A stretch of 64,000 bases of DNA from an uncultured Novosphingobium sp. (GTDB lineage: Bacteria > Pseudomonadota > Alphaproteobacteria > Sphingomonadales > Sphingomonadaceae): NCBI GenBank assembly GCA_964242815.1, contig CAXSZV010000014.1, positions 4,994 to 68,993 on the forward strand, in the 5' to 3' direction. Below are positions 52,307 through 62,188 of the stretch, piece by piece; the stretch's first letter is position 1, and each line of letters starts with the position of its first letter. The notes under the pieces were generated by a model, which worked only from the letters and a program-made list of their open reading frames with translations, was not told the DNA's origin and did not search any database. The translations under genes and the position numbers were made by a program.

Positions 52307-52790
52307 GGAGCGCCTCCCGTACCGCGCCGCGCGCGGCATCGGCCGAGACCGAGACGCCGGCGAGCCGGCTGACGATATCGCCCGCCGCTTCGGTGGCGAC
52401 AGTTTCGATCTCGCCGAGCGCGCCATCGCGCGCGGTGGCGATACGCTGGTCGGCCGCGCCGACGCGCTCGTCGATCGCGGCATTGGCCTCGACGAGGCGC
52501 GCCGAGCTCGCCTTCGCCGCGTCGCCCTTGGCCTTGGCGATGATCGCCTGCGCCTCGGCACGCTGATGCGCGGCGTGCGTCTTCCACGCCTCTTCCTCGG
52601 CATCGGCGGCCTTGCGCGCGGCCTCGGCGGCGGAAAGGTCGCCGACGATCTGGTGATCGCGCGTCTCCACCGTCGCCATGACGCGGGGCACCATGCCCCG
52701 CCCGATGACGAAGAAGATGAAGCCGAAGACGATCAGGACCCAGAAGACCTGGCTCGCATACGTCTGCGAAAGCTGCGCGATTTGGGGCAT
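52299..52790 (-). CDS. F0F1 ATP synthase subunit b'
   Basis: MPQIAQL..TYASQVFW, TM, charged helix; position between subunits c and b. Confidence 0.92.
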   Translation of the reverse strand: MPQIAQLSQTYASQVFWVLIVFGFIFFVIGRGMVPRVMATVETRDHQIVGDLSAAEAARKAADAEEEAWKTHAAHQRAEAQAIIAKAKGDAAKASSARLVEANAAIDERVGAADQRIATARDGALGEIETVATEAAGDIVSRLAGVSVSADAARGAVREALHA

Positions 52791-52870
52791 CAGATAATCC
52801 GGTCGGTTGGAGAAATCATCAGCGCCGGAAGCCTTTGTGGTTCTGTGCCGACAAGATCACGACAGCGAGA

Positions 52871-53098
52871 TCAGGCGACGAAGATCAGGATCATCGCGAC
52901 GACGAACGACAGCAGGCCGAGCAGCTCGGCGGCGGCGAAACCGATGAACAAACGCCCTTGCTGACCATCGGCCGCACCGGGATTGCGCAGCGCGCTCTCG
53001 AGGAACGAGCCGAACACGTTGCCCACGCCGATCGCGGCCATGCCCGCACCGATCGCGGCGAGACCTGCGCCGATCAGCTTGGCTGCTTGAGGATCCAT
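52871..53098 (-). CDS. atpE: F0F1 ATP synthase subunit c
   Basis: [17 protein letters not shown]...ALRNP...FAAAELLG. Confidence 0.97.
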   Translation of the reverse strand: MDPQAAKLIGAGLAAIGAGMAAIGVGNVFGSFLESALRNPGAADGQQGRLFIGFAAAELLGLLSFVVAMILIFVA

Positions 53099-53163
53099 GG
53101 TAAAAACTCCTTCAGGTTCGGTTAAGCGGGACGATGCGTCCCATGAGGGTGCCGTCGACCGCC

Positions 53164-53952
53164 TTAGTGCAGGTTCTCGGCGTCGTTGATGTAGAGCGAG
53201 GTGAGCAGCGCGAAGACATAGGCCTGGATGCCCGCGACCAGCAGTTCGAGCGCGCAGATCGCGATCATCAGGATGAAGCTGGGGATGCCGACGACGGTGC
53301 CCCACAGCGGCCCCGAATTGGCGCTGGTGATGACGAAGCTCGACAGCACTTCGAGCAGCACGTGCCCCGCCATCATCGCGACGAACAGCCGCAGCGCCAG
53401 GCTGAACGGCCGGACCAGGAAGCTGACCAGCTCGATCACCGGGATCAGCCACATCAGCCACAGCGGCGTGCCGTGCGGCACGAACAGCGAGAAGAAATGC
53501 AGCCCATGCTTCTTGAAGCCGACGATCAGCACGATCGCGAACGACAGGATCGCCAGCACGGCGGTCGCGCTGAAATGGCTGGTGAAGGTGAACGGATGCA
53601 CGCCGATCAGGCCCAGCGGCAGCAGTCCGAGGAAGTTGGCGAACAGGATGAACATGAACAGCGAGAAGATGAACGGCACGTACTTCTTGCCGGCGGGGCC
53701 GATGTTGGCCGCGAGCATCCCGTCGATGAACCCGGTCATCGTCTCGACCGCCATCTGCCAGCGGCCAGGCACGAGCTGGCGCTTCATGCCGCCGGCGACG
53801 AAGATCAGCAGGCCGACCGCCGCGAGCGTCATCCACAGCGCCGAATTGGTGAACGCGATGTTGTATTGGCCGACATGCCAGTGATCGGAGCCGAACAACG
53901 GCTCGATCATGAACTGGTGCATCGGATCGACCCTGCCGCTCGCGTCCGCCAC
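53164..53952 (-). CDS. atpB: F0F1 ATP synthase subunit a
   Basis: [37 protein letters not shown]. Confidence 0.97.
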   Translation of the reverse strand: MADASGRVDPMHQFMIEPLFGSDHWHVGQYNIAFTNSALWMTLAAVGLLIFVAGGMKRQLVPGRWQMAVETMTGFIDGMLAANIGPAGKKYVPFIFSLFMFILFANFLGLLPLGLIGVHPFTFTSHFSATAVLAILSFAIVLIVGFKKHGLHFFSLFVPHGTPLWLMWLIPVIELVSFLVRPFSLALRLFVAMMAGHVLLEVLSSFVITSANSGPLWGTVVGIPSFILMIAICALELLVAGIQAYVFALLTSLYINDAENLH

Positions 53953-53992
53953 CTGTACCCTCGCCCTATGCGTTTACCGGCAGACGGTGCCC

Positions 53993-54310
53993 TCAATCGG
54001 GACGCCGGCTCGCCATCCGGATGATGTTCCTGAAAGCGACGAAGATGCCCAGGGCCATCATCACCAGCAGACCCCAGGGCGTGGTTCTGGCGAAATGGTC
54101 GATGACCCAGCCGATGAACGCGCCGCCGCCGATGCCCCCGATCAGATCGGCGAGAACGCGGTTGCCCATGCGATAGCCCGCATCGGCCCCCACTCCCCCG
54201 GCCGGTTTCCCGCGCTGCTCCTCGCGGCTCTTGGCGGCGGCGAGCCGCGCCTCGAGCGCGTCGATCCGCGCGTCCCCGACAGGCTCTCGTGCGTCCGGTT
54301 CCTCGCTCAT
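53993..54310 (-). CDS. atpI: AtpZ/AtpI-family protein
   Basis: GWVID...TTPWGLL; first gene of the F0 operon. Confidence 0.88.
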   Translation of the reverse strand: MSEEPDAREPVGDARIDALEARLAAAKSREEQRGKPAGGVGADAGYRMGNRVLADLIGGIGGGAFIGWVIDHFARTTPWGLLVMMALGIFVAFRNIIRMASRRPD

Positions 54311-54438
54311 GCCAACTCTCCCGGAAACGCCATGTTCAGGAAACGCGACACGCGCAACGCCCGTCCGCCGAGGGCACCCGCCCCTTAGGGGGGGCGATTT
54401 TACGAGTCAACCGCGCGGGGGATTTGAGCGGCGCGTCA

Positions 54439-54473
54439 CTCCCCTCCCGCCTGCGGGAGGGGTGGGGGTGGGC
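54439..54473. repeat. Short GC palindromic REP-like element
   Basis: ctcccctcccgcctgcgggaggggtgggggtgggc hairpin about 60 nt after the ydbL stop. Confidence 0.6.
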
Positions 54474-54530
54474 CTGTACCAGCGCAGAAAGCGTCGCTTG
54501 TGGAAGGGGGATGAGGTTGAAGCTACAGCC

Positions 54531-54932
54531 TTACGGACACCGTGGATCGCGTTGCGCGGGCCCGGATCCGCGCGTCAGCCAGTTGCCGCCGGGGCCCTGG
54601 TACTTCTCGCCGGGCTCGGTCTGCGCGATCAGCAGGCAGCCCGAGGTGAACGCGTATTCCTCGACCGTCGCGCGCTGCGCCTGCGCCTTGCCCGCGTAGA
54701 CCGCGCGCCGCTTGATGTTGAGATCGTCGACCATCGCGCGCAGGCCCGGCGCGCCGCCGACGACGACGCCGAGGTAGCCGTCGGTCTTCTCGCCGATCTG
54801 CCCCGACGAGCGCGCCGCCGCATAGGCCGCGTCGCGCTGCGCGAGCGCGGCGCCTGACGGGCCAGCCACCGCGATGGCGACGGCGGCAAGGGCGATGGCG
54901 AATCGGCTGCCTGCTGACATGACCTTGGACAT
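54531..54932 (-). CDS. YdbL/DUF1318-family protein
   Basis: Signal peptide, IGEKTDGYLG, NIKRRAVY, PGEKYQ. Confidence 0.88.
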   Translation of the reverse strand: MSKVMSAGSRFAIALAAVAIAVAGPSGAALAQRDAAYAAARSSGQIGEKTDGYLGVVVGGAPGLRAMVDDLNIKRRAVYAGKAQAQRATVEEYAFTSGCLLIAQTEPGEKYQGPGGNWLTRGSGPAQRDPRCP

Positions 54933-54952
54933 GGACGTTCTCGAAACCTCGT

Positions 54953-55162
54953 TCAGAAAATCTGCTTGTTCTCGTCGATTGTCTTGTTCGCGTCGGCGGC
55001 GAGACGATAGACGACTTCCTGCTTCACGTTGATGTTGAGCTCGATGACGATCGGCTTGTCGGGCGCGCTGACCGAAACGCACGCCGCCAGGACCGAGACG
55101 CCGAGCGCCACACCAGCGATATATACCGCGACCCTGGCCGCATCCCCCACCCACACCGTCAT
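54953..55162 (-). CDS. YnbE-family lipoprotein
   Basis: LAAC lipobox, APDKPIVIELNINVKQEV. Confidence 0.88.
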   Translation of the reverse strand: MTVWVGDAARVAVYIAGVALGVSVLAACVSVSAPDKPIVIELNINVKQEVVYRLAADANKTIDENKQIF

Positions 55163-55209
55163 ACTTCGGCTTTTCGCAAGTGAAACGATCCAGGTCAATC
55201 GTATCGCGT

Positions 55210-58200
55210 TCATCTCACGGGCCCGCTTGCTGAAGGCTGAACCTTCGGCTCTGGCGGCACCACTCGCGTGCCGTCACGGGTGATGAGGCCGAGCTCGCGC
55301 GGATCGCGGATGAACGTCGGGTCCCACAACGAGCGGAACGAGCTGATCAGCTGCACGAACGGCGCGCGGACGTTGACGTTGAACTGGATCGGCAGCCGGC
55401 CGATGCGTGTCGTGAGGAAGTTGCGTTTCGCGCCCGCGCCTTGGCTCACGCCGGAAAACCGCAGCCGCGTGACGATCTCGCCGGTCAACGCGCCGTCGAC
55501 GCCGACGCCCATCTGCTTGTAATCGAGCGAGCGGAGCGCGGCGAACGCGAAGTTCGCCATCGGCGACAGGTTCTTGTACGTCAGCGCGCCGACATACGAC
55601 ACGTTGCCGCCGGGCGCGCGCGAACGCAGCGCGCCGCCGTCGATGCGCGCGCCGTCCTGGTCGATCACCAGCGGCAGGCGGCCGTCGAACACCCCGGTGA
55701 CCGCGAGGTTATCGAGGTCCATCTGTTGGACGAGCCGCGCCGCGTCGAGCGCCTCGATGCTCAGCGCGAAATGGCGGATTTCCGCTGCCCCGATCGTCAT
55801 GCTCGCGGGCTCGAGCGTCAGCGTGCCGCCAAGGAACGGCCAGCGCGCGCCTTCGATCGCGAGCACATGGCCGGGGCGCAGCGCATAGGTCAGCACGCCG
55901 TCGCGTGCCTCGATCCCCGGATTGACCGAGGCGATCTGCAAGGCTTGGTGCGGCGGCGTGACGAGCCCCAGCAGGTCGGTGAACACGATCGTCCCCGCCA
56001 CGCCCTTCGCCGGGCCGAACGCGGCGGCGAGATCGAGCGAATCGGTAGTGAAGCGCCCGCTGCTGGTGACGCCATGCGGGCTCCAGTCGATGCCCCCCCC
56101 GCCGCGCACGGTGCCCACCGTGTTGGCGATCACGCCCAATGCGAGCCGGCTCAGCGTATCGGGCTGCACCTGCTTGTCGAACGTCAAGCCATCGACGAAC
56201 AGCCCGGCGTTGCCGCGCCCGGCGGCGAGATCGTGGACGATATGCGTGCGCAGCACTTCGCGACCGCTGGCCGGCTCGCGCAGCACCGCGTCGGCGACGA
56301 TGCGGTTGGCGGCGAGCGTCAGGCTGGCCCCGCGCGCGATCAGCGGCTGGAACCGCGCGACCCGCTCGCGATCGACGAGCCGCAGCGAACCGTCGGCGAT
56401 CGTCAGCCGGCCGTTCGCATAGCGCCACGCGCCGCCGGTCTCGACCAGATCGAGCGGCACCGCCGCGAGCCGGATCTGCGATCCCGCGAAGCGCCCGGCG
56501 ATGTCGTGACCGATGCGCGCGTCGAGCCGGGCAATCGTGAAACGCGAGGCACTCGCCCCCGGCCCCAACGCGACGTCGAGCGCGCGCGCGGTGAGCATGC
56601 CGGGCACCGCGACGCCGACCGCGCCGGTGGTGAGCCGGATCAACGTCGCGCCGAGCCGTCCGGTCAGCGCGAGCGACGGCGTTCCCGCCGCGATCCGCGT
56701 GCCGGCGGCGTCGCTGCGCACGATTGCGCCGCCCGGCCCCGCCGGCGGGCACAGCTGGAGCCGGCGCGAATCGATCGCGAGGTTGGCGATCCGCAACGCG
56801 TCGAAGCCCACGTCCACGCACCGCGGCCAGAGCGCCAGCCCGCCGCGCCGCGTCCAGTTGCCGGCGATCGGCAGCACGAGCCCACGCACCTCGCCGCCGG
56901 GCAAGGCGCCCGACAGCCGCGCCTCACCCGCGATGCCGATCGCGCCGGTGGCAGAACCAAAGAGCGACACCGCAGGCAGCGCGAGGCTCGCCGAGCCCGC
57001 ATCGTAGCGCGCCATGCTCGTCTTGAGGGTGAACCCCGCCCGGTCGCGCGCGATCGCACCGGCGAGCACGGGCATGCCGGGTCCGCCGGTGCTGAACGTG
57101 CCCGATAGCGACCGTCGACCGTCGGCCATCCCGAACTGCACGCGCCGCAGCGACACCAGCGGTGCGCCTCCGCCCGTCCGCCAGTCGAGCCGCGGCGCGA
57201 CCAGCGCCAGCCGCGCGCCGTCGCGGCGGAGCAGATAGCCGCCCGCCAGCGTGCTCGCGGGGCCAGCGCGCCGCAGCGCCTCGCGCAGCCTGGCGATCAG
57301 CGGCGCGGCGAGGCTGTCCGCGCTCGCGCCGATCGCTTGGCGCAGCAGCGCGTCGGTCGCCGCGCCGGGGCCGATCCCCCCGCCCGATACGCTGCCTTCG
57401 GCGACCAGCCGCGCCAAGCCGCGCGGCGCGCGCAGCGTCCCCTCGAGGCCCAGCGTGCGCGCAATCACCTGCGGGGTGGCAACGTCGCTCGCGGCAAGAT
57501 CATAGCGCACGGTCGCGCGTCCCTTGCCGTAGGACAGCCGCGCGCCGCCATGCACCGCCCGCGCGGCGCCGCCGGGAAAGCGCGCGTCTGCGCCGTTGGC
57601 GACGAGCGCGCCGTCGATCCGGTCGAGCGCTTCGCCGGCGGTGGCGCTCACCCCCGCCGCGACGGGCCCAAGCGCTAGGCCGGCGGCGCGACAGCTGAGG
57701 TCCGCGAGCCGGACGGGGCCCGCCAGATGCGGCTTGCCGCCGCTGATCGCGACCCGGCCGGCGAACGTCAGCCCGCGCGTATCGCATGCGCCGATGCCCG
57801 CCCCTATGCCCGCAACTGGCGCAGTCAGCGTCATTCGCCCTTTGAAGCCATCGCGCAGATTGCCGCCGCCGGCAGCGATGATGTCGGCGCGGCCGCGATC
57901 GAGCGCGACGCTTGCGCGCGCATCGCTCAGCACGAGGTCGAGGTCGGGCAGGCGCGAGGGCGCGGACGATCCTGTCGGCGCTAACAGCCTGTCGAGGCTG
58001 CCGAAGCTCAGCGTACCGCGCCGATAGCGCCCGTGCAGCCGCGCGCCGACGAGGCGGATCCGGCCGATGCCGGGCAAGCCGAACCGCGATGTCGTGGCGA
58101 TCTCGATCCGCTCGGCGGTGAGGTCGGGATGCGCGGGATCGCCGACGACGACATCGGCGAGCACCTGGCTGCCCGGGGCGACCGACACGACGCGGAACGT

Positions 58201-58443
58201 CGCGGGCAGTCCGGCGCGGCGGACCTGTTCGACCAGATAGCCGCGCAGCAGGCCGACGCGCTCGATCCAGACGACGGTGATCGCGGTGACCGCGAGCAGC
58301 AGCAATCCGCCCGCGAGCAACCGCCCACGCCTGCTCCGCGTATGTGCTTGTTCGCTCGCGACCGCTTCGATCGGATCGGGGTCGTTCAGAGCATGGGCAA
58401 CCTGCGACGGCATGTCATCGTACGGCACGGTCATCGGCCGCAC
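55210..58443 (-). CDS. YdbH-family (AsmA-like) intermembrane lipid-bridge protein
   Basis: N-terminal TM, long beta-strand repeats, WPFLGG, FDGRLPL, ALRSLDY; upstream of ynbE-ydbL. Confidence 0.88.
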   Translation of the reverse strand: MRPMTVPYDDMPSQVAHALNDPDPIEAVASEQAHTRSRRGRLLAGGLLLLAVTAITVVWIERVGLLRGYLVEQVRRAGLPATFRVVSVAPGSQVLADVVVGDPAHPDLTAERIEIATTSRFGLPGIGRIRLVGARLHGRYRRGTLSFGSLDRLLAPTGSSAPSRLPDLDLVLSDARASVALDRGRADIIAAGGGNLRDGFKGRMTLTAPVAGIGAGIGACDTRGLTFAGRVAISGGKPHLAGPVRLADLSCRAAGLALGPVAAGVSATAGEALDRIDGALVANGADARFPGGAARAVHGGARLSYGKGRATVRYDLAASDVATPQVIARTLGLEGTLRAPRGLARLVAEGSVSGGGIGPGAATDALLRQAIGASADSLAAPLIARLREALRRAGPASTLAGGYLLRRDGARLALVAPRLDWRTGGGAPLVSLRRVQFGMADGRRSLSGTFSTGGPGMPVLAGAIARDRAGFTLKTSMARYDAGSASLALPAVSLFGSATGAIGIAGEARLSGALPGGEVRGLVLPIAGNWTRRGGLALWPRCVDVGFDALRIANLAIDSRRLQLCPPAGPGGAIVRSDAAGTRIAAGTPSLALTGRLGATLIRLTTGAVGVAVPGMLTARALDVALGPGASASRFTIARLDARIGHDIAGRFAGSQIRLAAVPLDLVETGGAWRYANGRLTIADGSLRLVDRERVARFQPLIARGASLTLAANRIVADAVLREPASGREVLRTHIVHDLAAGRGNAGLFVDGLTFDKQVQPDTLSRLALGVIANTVGTVRGGGGIDWSPHGVTSSGRFTTDSLDLAAAFGPAKGVAGTIVFTDLLGLVTPPHQALQIASVNPGIEARDGVLTYALRPGHVLAIEGARWPFLGGTLTLEPASMTIGAAEIRHFALSIEALDAARLVQQMDLDNLAVTGVFDGRLPLVIDQDGARIDGGALRSRAPGGNVSYVGALTYKNLSPMANFAFAALRSLDYKQMGVGVDGALTGEIVTRLRFSGVSQGAGAKRNFLTTRIGRLPIQFNVNVRAPFVQLISSFRSLWDPTFIRDPRELGLITRDGTRVVPPEPKVQPSASGPVR

Positions 58444-58499
58444 ACTTGCGCCCCTGCTCCGTCAAAGGCAATGCTGCGCGCCGACCCCCGCGATCACCG

Positions 58500-59252
58500 A
58501 TGGACGCACCGCCAGCGATGCCAGACGATGCCGGACTGTTCGATGATTCGCCGCCCCGGCCCTCATCCGCCGCGACCGACGTCGGCCATACCAGCGGACA
58601 TCGCGCGCGGCTGCGCAAGCGGCTGCTCGACGGCGGGGCCGAGGCGCTCGCCGACCACGAGATCGTCGAATACCTGCTCGCTGTCGGGCGCCCGCGGATC
58701 GATACCAAGCCGATCGCGCATTCGCTGATCCGCCGGTTCGGGTCGCTCGCGGGCGTGATGAACGCCGACTGGAAGGCGCTCGAAAGCCACCCCGGCATGG
58801 GCGAAACCAGCGCCGCCGCGCTCAAGATCGTCGCGCTCGCGGCGCGGCGCCTGGCGCGCGCGCAGGCGCAGGAGCAGCCGTTGCTGGGCAACTGGCAAGC
58901 GCTGGTCGACTATCTGACGGTCGACATGGCGCACCTGACGGTCGAGCGCGTGCGCATCCTCTACCTCAATTCGGCGAACCGCCTGATCCTCGACCATCAC
59001 GTCGGCGACGGCACGATCGACGAGGCGGCGATCCACCCGCGCGAAGTGGTCAAGCGCGCGCTCGAGATCGGCGCGACCGCGCTGATCATGGTGCACAACC
59101 ACCCCTCGGGCTTCCCCCAGCCGAGCCGCGCCGACATCCAGATGACCAACCGCATCGCCGAGGCCGGGCGACTGCTGGGCATCGTCGTCCACGATCACCT
59201 GGTGATCGGCCGCGAGGGGTACGTGAGCCTGAAGGCGCAGGGGTTGGTCTGA
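58500..59252 (+). CDS. radC: RadC/UPF0758 JAB-domain protein
   Basis: GHRARLR, HhH region, HPREVVK, HNHPSG, HDHLVIG. Confidence 0.95.
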   Translation: MDAPPAMPDDAGLFDDSPPRPSSAATDVGHTSGHRARLRKRLLDGGAEALADHEIVEYLLAVGRPRIDTKPIAHSLIRRFGSLAGVMNADWKALESHPGMGETSAAALKIVALAARRLARAQAQEQPLLGNWQALVDYLTVDMAHLTVERVRILYLNSANRLILDHHVGDGTIDEAAIHPREVVKRALEIGATALIMVHNHPSGFPQPSRADIQMTNRIAEAGRLLGIVVHDHLVIGREGYVSLKAQGLV

Positions 59253-59268
59253 GCAAAGCCCCGCACGC

Positions 59269-62058
59269 TCAGGGCAGCACGCCGAACGAGCGGTAGCGAT
59301 AGGCAAGGCCGGGGCTGCGACGCAGCGCCTCGGCGATATCGGCCGCGCCGCCCGCCGCGTCGCCCGCCTTTCGCTTGATTGCCCCGCGCAGCAGCAGGGT
59401 CGGCGCCAGGCGCGGATTGCGATCGAGCGCAGCGTCCGCGTCGGCTCGGGCAGCGTCGAGCTTGCCGAGGCGAAAGTTCACCATCGCGCGGCTGTCGAGT
59501 ACGCTCGCGGCATAGTCTGAACTGCGGAGCGCCTGATCGCATTGCAAAGCGGCAGCGGCGACGTCGTAATTCCAGCTGCCATGATACCAGCATGCTGCGT
59601 TGAGCACCTCGGCATCGCCGGGCCGTTCGCCAAGCAACGTATCCAGCAGCTTCGCGCCTTCCGCCTTGCGGCCCTGCTCGCTCAGTAGGTCCGCCCTGGT
59701 CGAAACCACCTTCGGCCGATCGTCGCCCTGGGTGTCGCTGAACGGATCGAGCAACGCCAGACCTTGATCCGCATGCCCCTGCAATCCTAGCAGCATCGCG
59801 ACGCCGGCCGCCCTTGCCGGACTGGAGTCGAGCGCCTGCGCCGCGCGAAGGTCCGCCAGCGCATGCGGCAAATCGCCGGTATCGATATACAGATCGGCGC
59901 GCGTCGTCAGATTGTCCGCAGTGCCGTCCAGCGTGATCGCCGCGTTCATATCGTTGAGCGCGCCCTGGCGGTCGCCGATGCCGCGCAGGAACAGCGAGCG
60001 GTTCACGTAACTTTGTGCCTTGTCGGCTTCCTTGGCCTGCGCGATCGCCTGCGCATAGGCGGCCTCGATCGGCCGCAGCGCGCGGCGATCCGCGGCGGTG
60101 CGCACGTCCCAGGAGCGGCGACCGCCGGTGCCGCCGCGAACCCGCAACGCCGATCCGCTGAGCTCGGTCAGCTTCGCGCGTTCGGCCGCGATCGCATCGG
60201 CGCGAAGTTCGCCGCCGGGCGATGCCAGGTCCTCAGTGATCGTCAACTTGTTGCCGACGAGCGTCGTTTCGCGATCGACGGTTCCGCTCGCGGCGGTCAG
60301 ATGAACCGCGCCGCCCTCGATCGTCGCGCCTTTCCCGCCATCGGGCAGCAGCACCGTGTACTCGGCCCTGACCCGGCTCGGACCATCGACGATGGTCGGG
60401 ATATCATGCCAGGACGCGCGGCTGCGATCGGCGGAAAAGCTGGCGCCGGAGCTCGGCAGCTTAGGGACATAGACCGGCCGCTTGGAACTCGTATCCCACG
60501 GCGTCGTCGCCAAACCTTTGGCGATTATCAGACCGATGCCGGTCGCCGTATCATAGGCGATCGTCCGTTCGTAGATGACCGGATCGTTGTCGAGCAGCTT
60601 GCTGACGACCATGTCGATCGCGTCGTTGCGATCGTGACCGGCGGGAGCCGCCGCGAGCTGCTGGACCGGCGCGCCGATAGGGCCGGCGAAGGCGAAACGC
60701 GCATCGAACAGCATCGGCATGTCGATGCCGAACGTTTGATCGAAGATGATCGTCGTGGTCATCCACGGCTTCGTCGGGGCTGTCGCCGGCAGGGCGATCA
60801 GCTGTGAGCCTTCGGCGCGCAACGGCAGGCCCCAGCGGAACGGCGGCACGTCCGCGATCGAAGCCTGCCGCGTCCCCACGCCGGTGCCGTCGAGCCAATA
60901 ATCCCGCCCCGCGATCGTCGCATGGACGATCACGTGATTGAACGCGCCCGGCATCGGACCCCACTCGGGTACGGCGTCCCCCGTCGTCGCGTTGACCAGC
61001 AGCGCGTCGCCGTTGATGCCGAGCTCGCGCAGCATGGCAAGCAGCAGCAGCGTCTTCGCCTTGCAATCGCCCTGACGGGATGTCCAGGTTTTGGCGGGGC
61101 TCTGCGGCACGTAGTTGCCGCCGTTCATGCCGTTGGCGAAGTAGGCGATGCGATCCTGCACCAGTATCAGCGCGGAGGTCATCCGCGCGACGGGATCGGT
61201 GCCGGCTGCCGCGATCCGCGCGACTTCGGCGGCGATCGGGCCGTCCTTGGCGATCGTGCCGGCGGTGGCGAACAGCGGCGCCATCGTGCGCGAGACGTCG
61301 GGCCAGTCGGCAAAGCTCGTGATGCGCAGCACTTCGGGCATGCGAAAGCGGGCGGGCGAATCTGCCGGCATCTCGATCGGCTTCGGCCGCGGCAGATCGA
61401 TCGCCAGTGTCCGATCGGCGCCAGCGACGCGACTGGGCGGGAGCAAGGCGCGCGGGCCGGCGGTGGCGGTGATCGCGCGCGCCGCCGGCCATCGTGCGAT
61501 CATCCGGCCGAGCCCAGGCTGATCGGCAAAATACGGCATCAGTTCCACCGCCTGGACGTTGCCGCCCAGCGCCTTGTCGCTCACCGTGGCCGAGCTCGAA
61601 ACGCGCAGGACATCGCCGACCCGTGCGCCCGCCACCTGCAACGTCGCGGTGAGCATGCCGTTCAGCTCGCGCTGCTCAAGTTGCTGTTCGCGCCGCAGCA
61701 CCTCGAACTTGGCATCCTTCAGCACATCGATCACCGCGCCGTCGCGCAGCAGCTGGACCCGGTGGACGATCAGATCGCCCTTGTCCGGCATCCAGGTCAG
61801 CGTGAGCGTAGCGTTCTGGGTCAGGCTCTGCGGCGAATCGAGCCGCATCGCGATGTCCGAATACGTGGTTTCGCTCGCGCCCTCGACGTGGATCTGCTTG
61901 TCGTAGATCACCAGCCGACCCTTGCCCTTGGCGATCGCCGTGGCCGCATCGGCCTGCGTCACCCATGACGGCGCCGGCGCGTAGATCGGCGTTTCGCCGG
62001 CATGCGCGGCCGGGGCCCAGACGCATGAAGCCGCCGCCGCCCATTTATAAAATTGCAT
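59269..62058 (-). CDS. Exported DUF3857 + transglutaminase-like + TPR protein
   Basis: Signal peptide, GDCKAK, FNHVIV, WLDGT (Cys-His-Asp triad), C-terminal TPRs. Confidence 0.88.
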   Translation of the reverse strand: MQFYKWAAAASCVWAPAAHAGETPIYAPAPSWVTQADAATAIAKGKGRLVIYDKQIHVEGASETTYSDIAMRLDSPQSLTQNATLTLTWMPDKGDLIVHRVQLLRDGAVIDVLKDAKFEVLRREQQLEQRELNGMLTATLQVAGARVGDVLRVSSSATVSDKALGGNVQAVELMPYFADQPGLGRMIARWPAARAITATAGPRALLPPSRVAGADRTLAIDLPRPKPIEMPADSPARFRMPEVLRITSFADWPDVSRTMAPLFATAGTIAKDGPIAAEVARIAAAGTDPVARMTSALILVQDRIAYFANGMNGGNYVPQSPAKTWTSRQGDCKAKTLLLLAMLRELGINGDALLVNATTGDAVPEWGPMPGAFNHVIVHATIAGRDYWLDGTGVGTRQASIADVPPFRWGLPLRAEGSQLIALPATAPTKPWMTTTIIFDQTFGIDMPMLFDARFAFAGPIGAPVQQLAAAPAGHDRNDAIDMVVSKLLDNDPVIYERTIAYDTATGIGLIIAKGLATTPWDTSSKRPVYVPKLPSSGASFSADRSRASWHDIPTIVDGPSRVRAEYTVLLPDGGKGATIEGGAVHLTAASGTVDRETTLVGNKLTITEDLASPGGELRADAIAAERAKLTELSGSALRVRGGTGGRRSWDVRTAADRRALRPIEAAYAQAIAQAKEADKAQSYVNRSLFLRGIGDRQGALNDMNAAITLDGTADNLTTRADLYIDTGDLPHALADLRAAQALDSSPARAAGVAMLLGLQGHADQGLALLDPFSDTQGDDRPKVVSTRADLLSEQGRKAEGAKLLDTLLGERPGDAEVLNAACWYHGSWNYDVAAAALQCDQALRSSDYAASVLDSRAMVNFRLGKLDAARADADAALDRNPRLAPTLLLRGAIKRKAGDAAGGAADIAEALRRSPGLAYRYRSFGVLP

Positions 62059-62188
62059 CGAACGCCCCCGTGCTCGCTTGAGCGTCAACGGACCAGATCG
62101 GCGCACCGATGACAAGCGGTCTCCGCGCGCTTGCCATCCGGCGTCCGCGATCCTAGCCCCCGCCCGTCACAGCCAAGCCGGAGCTTTC

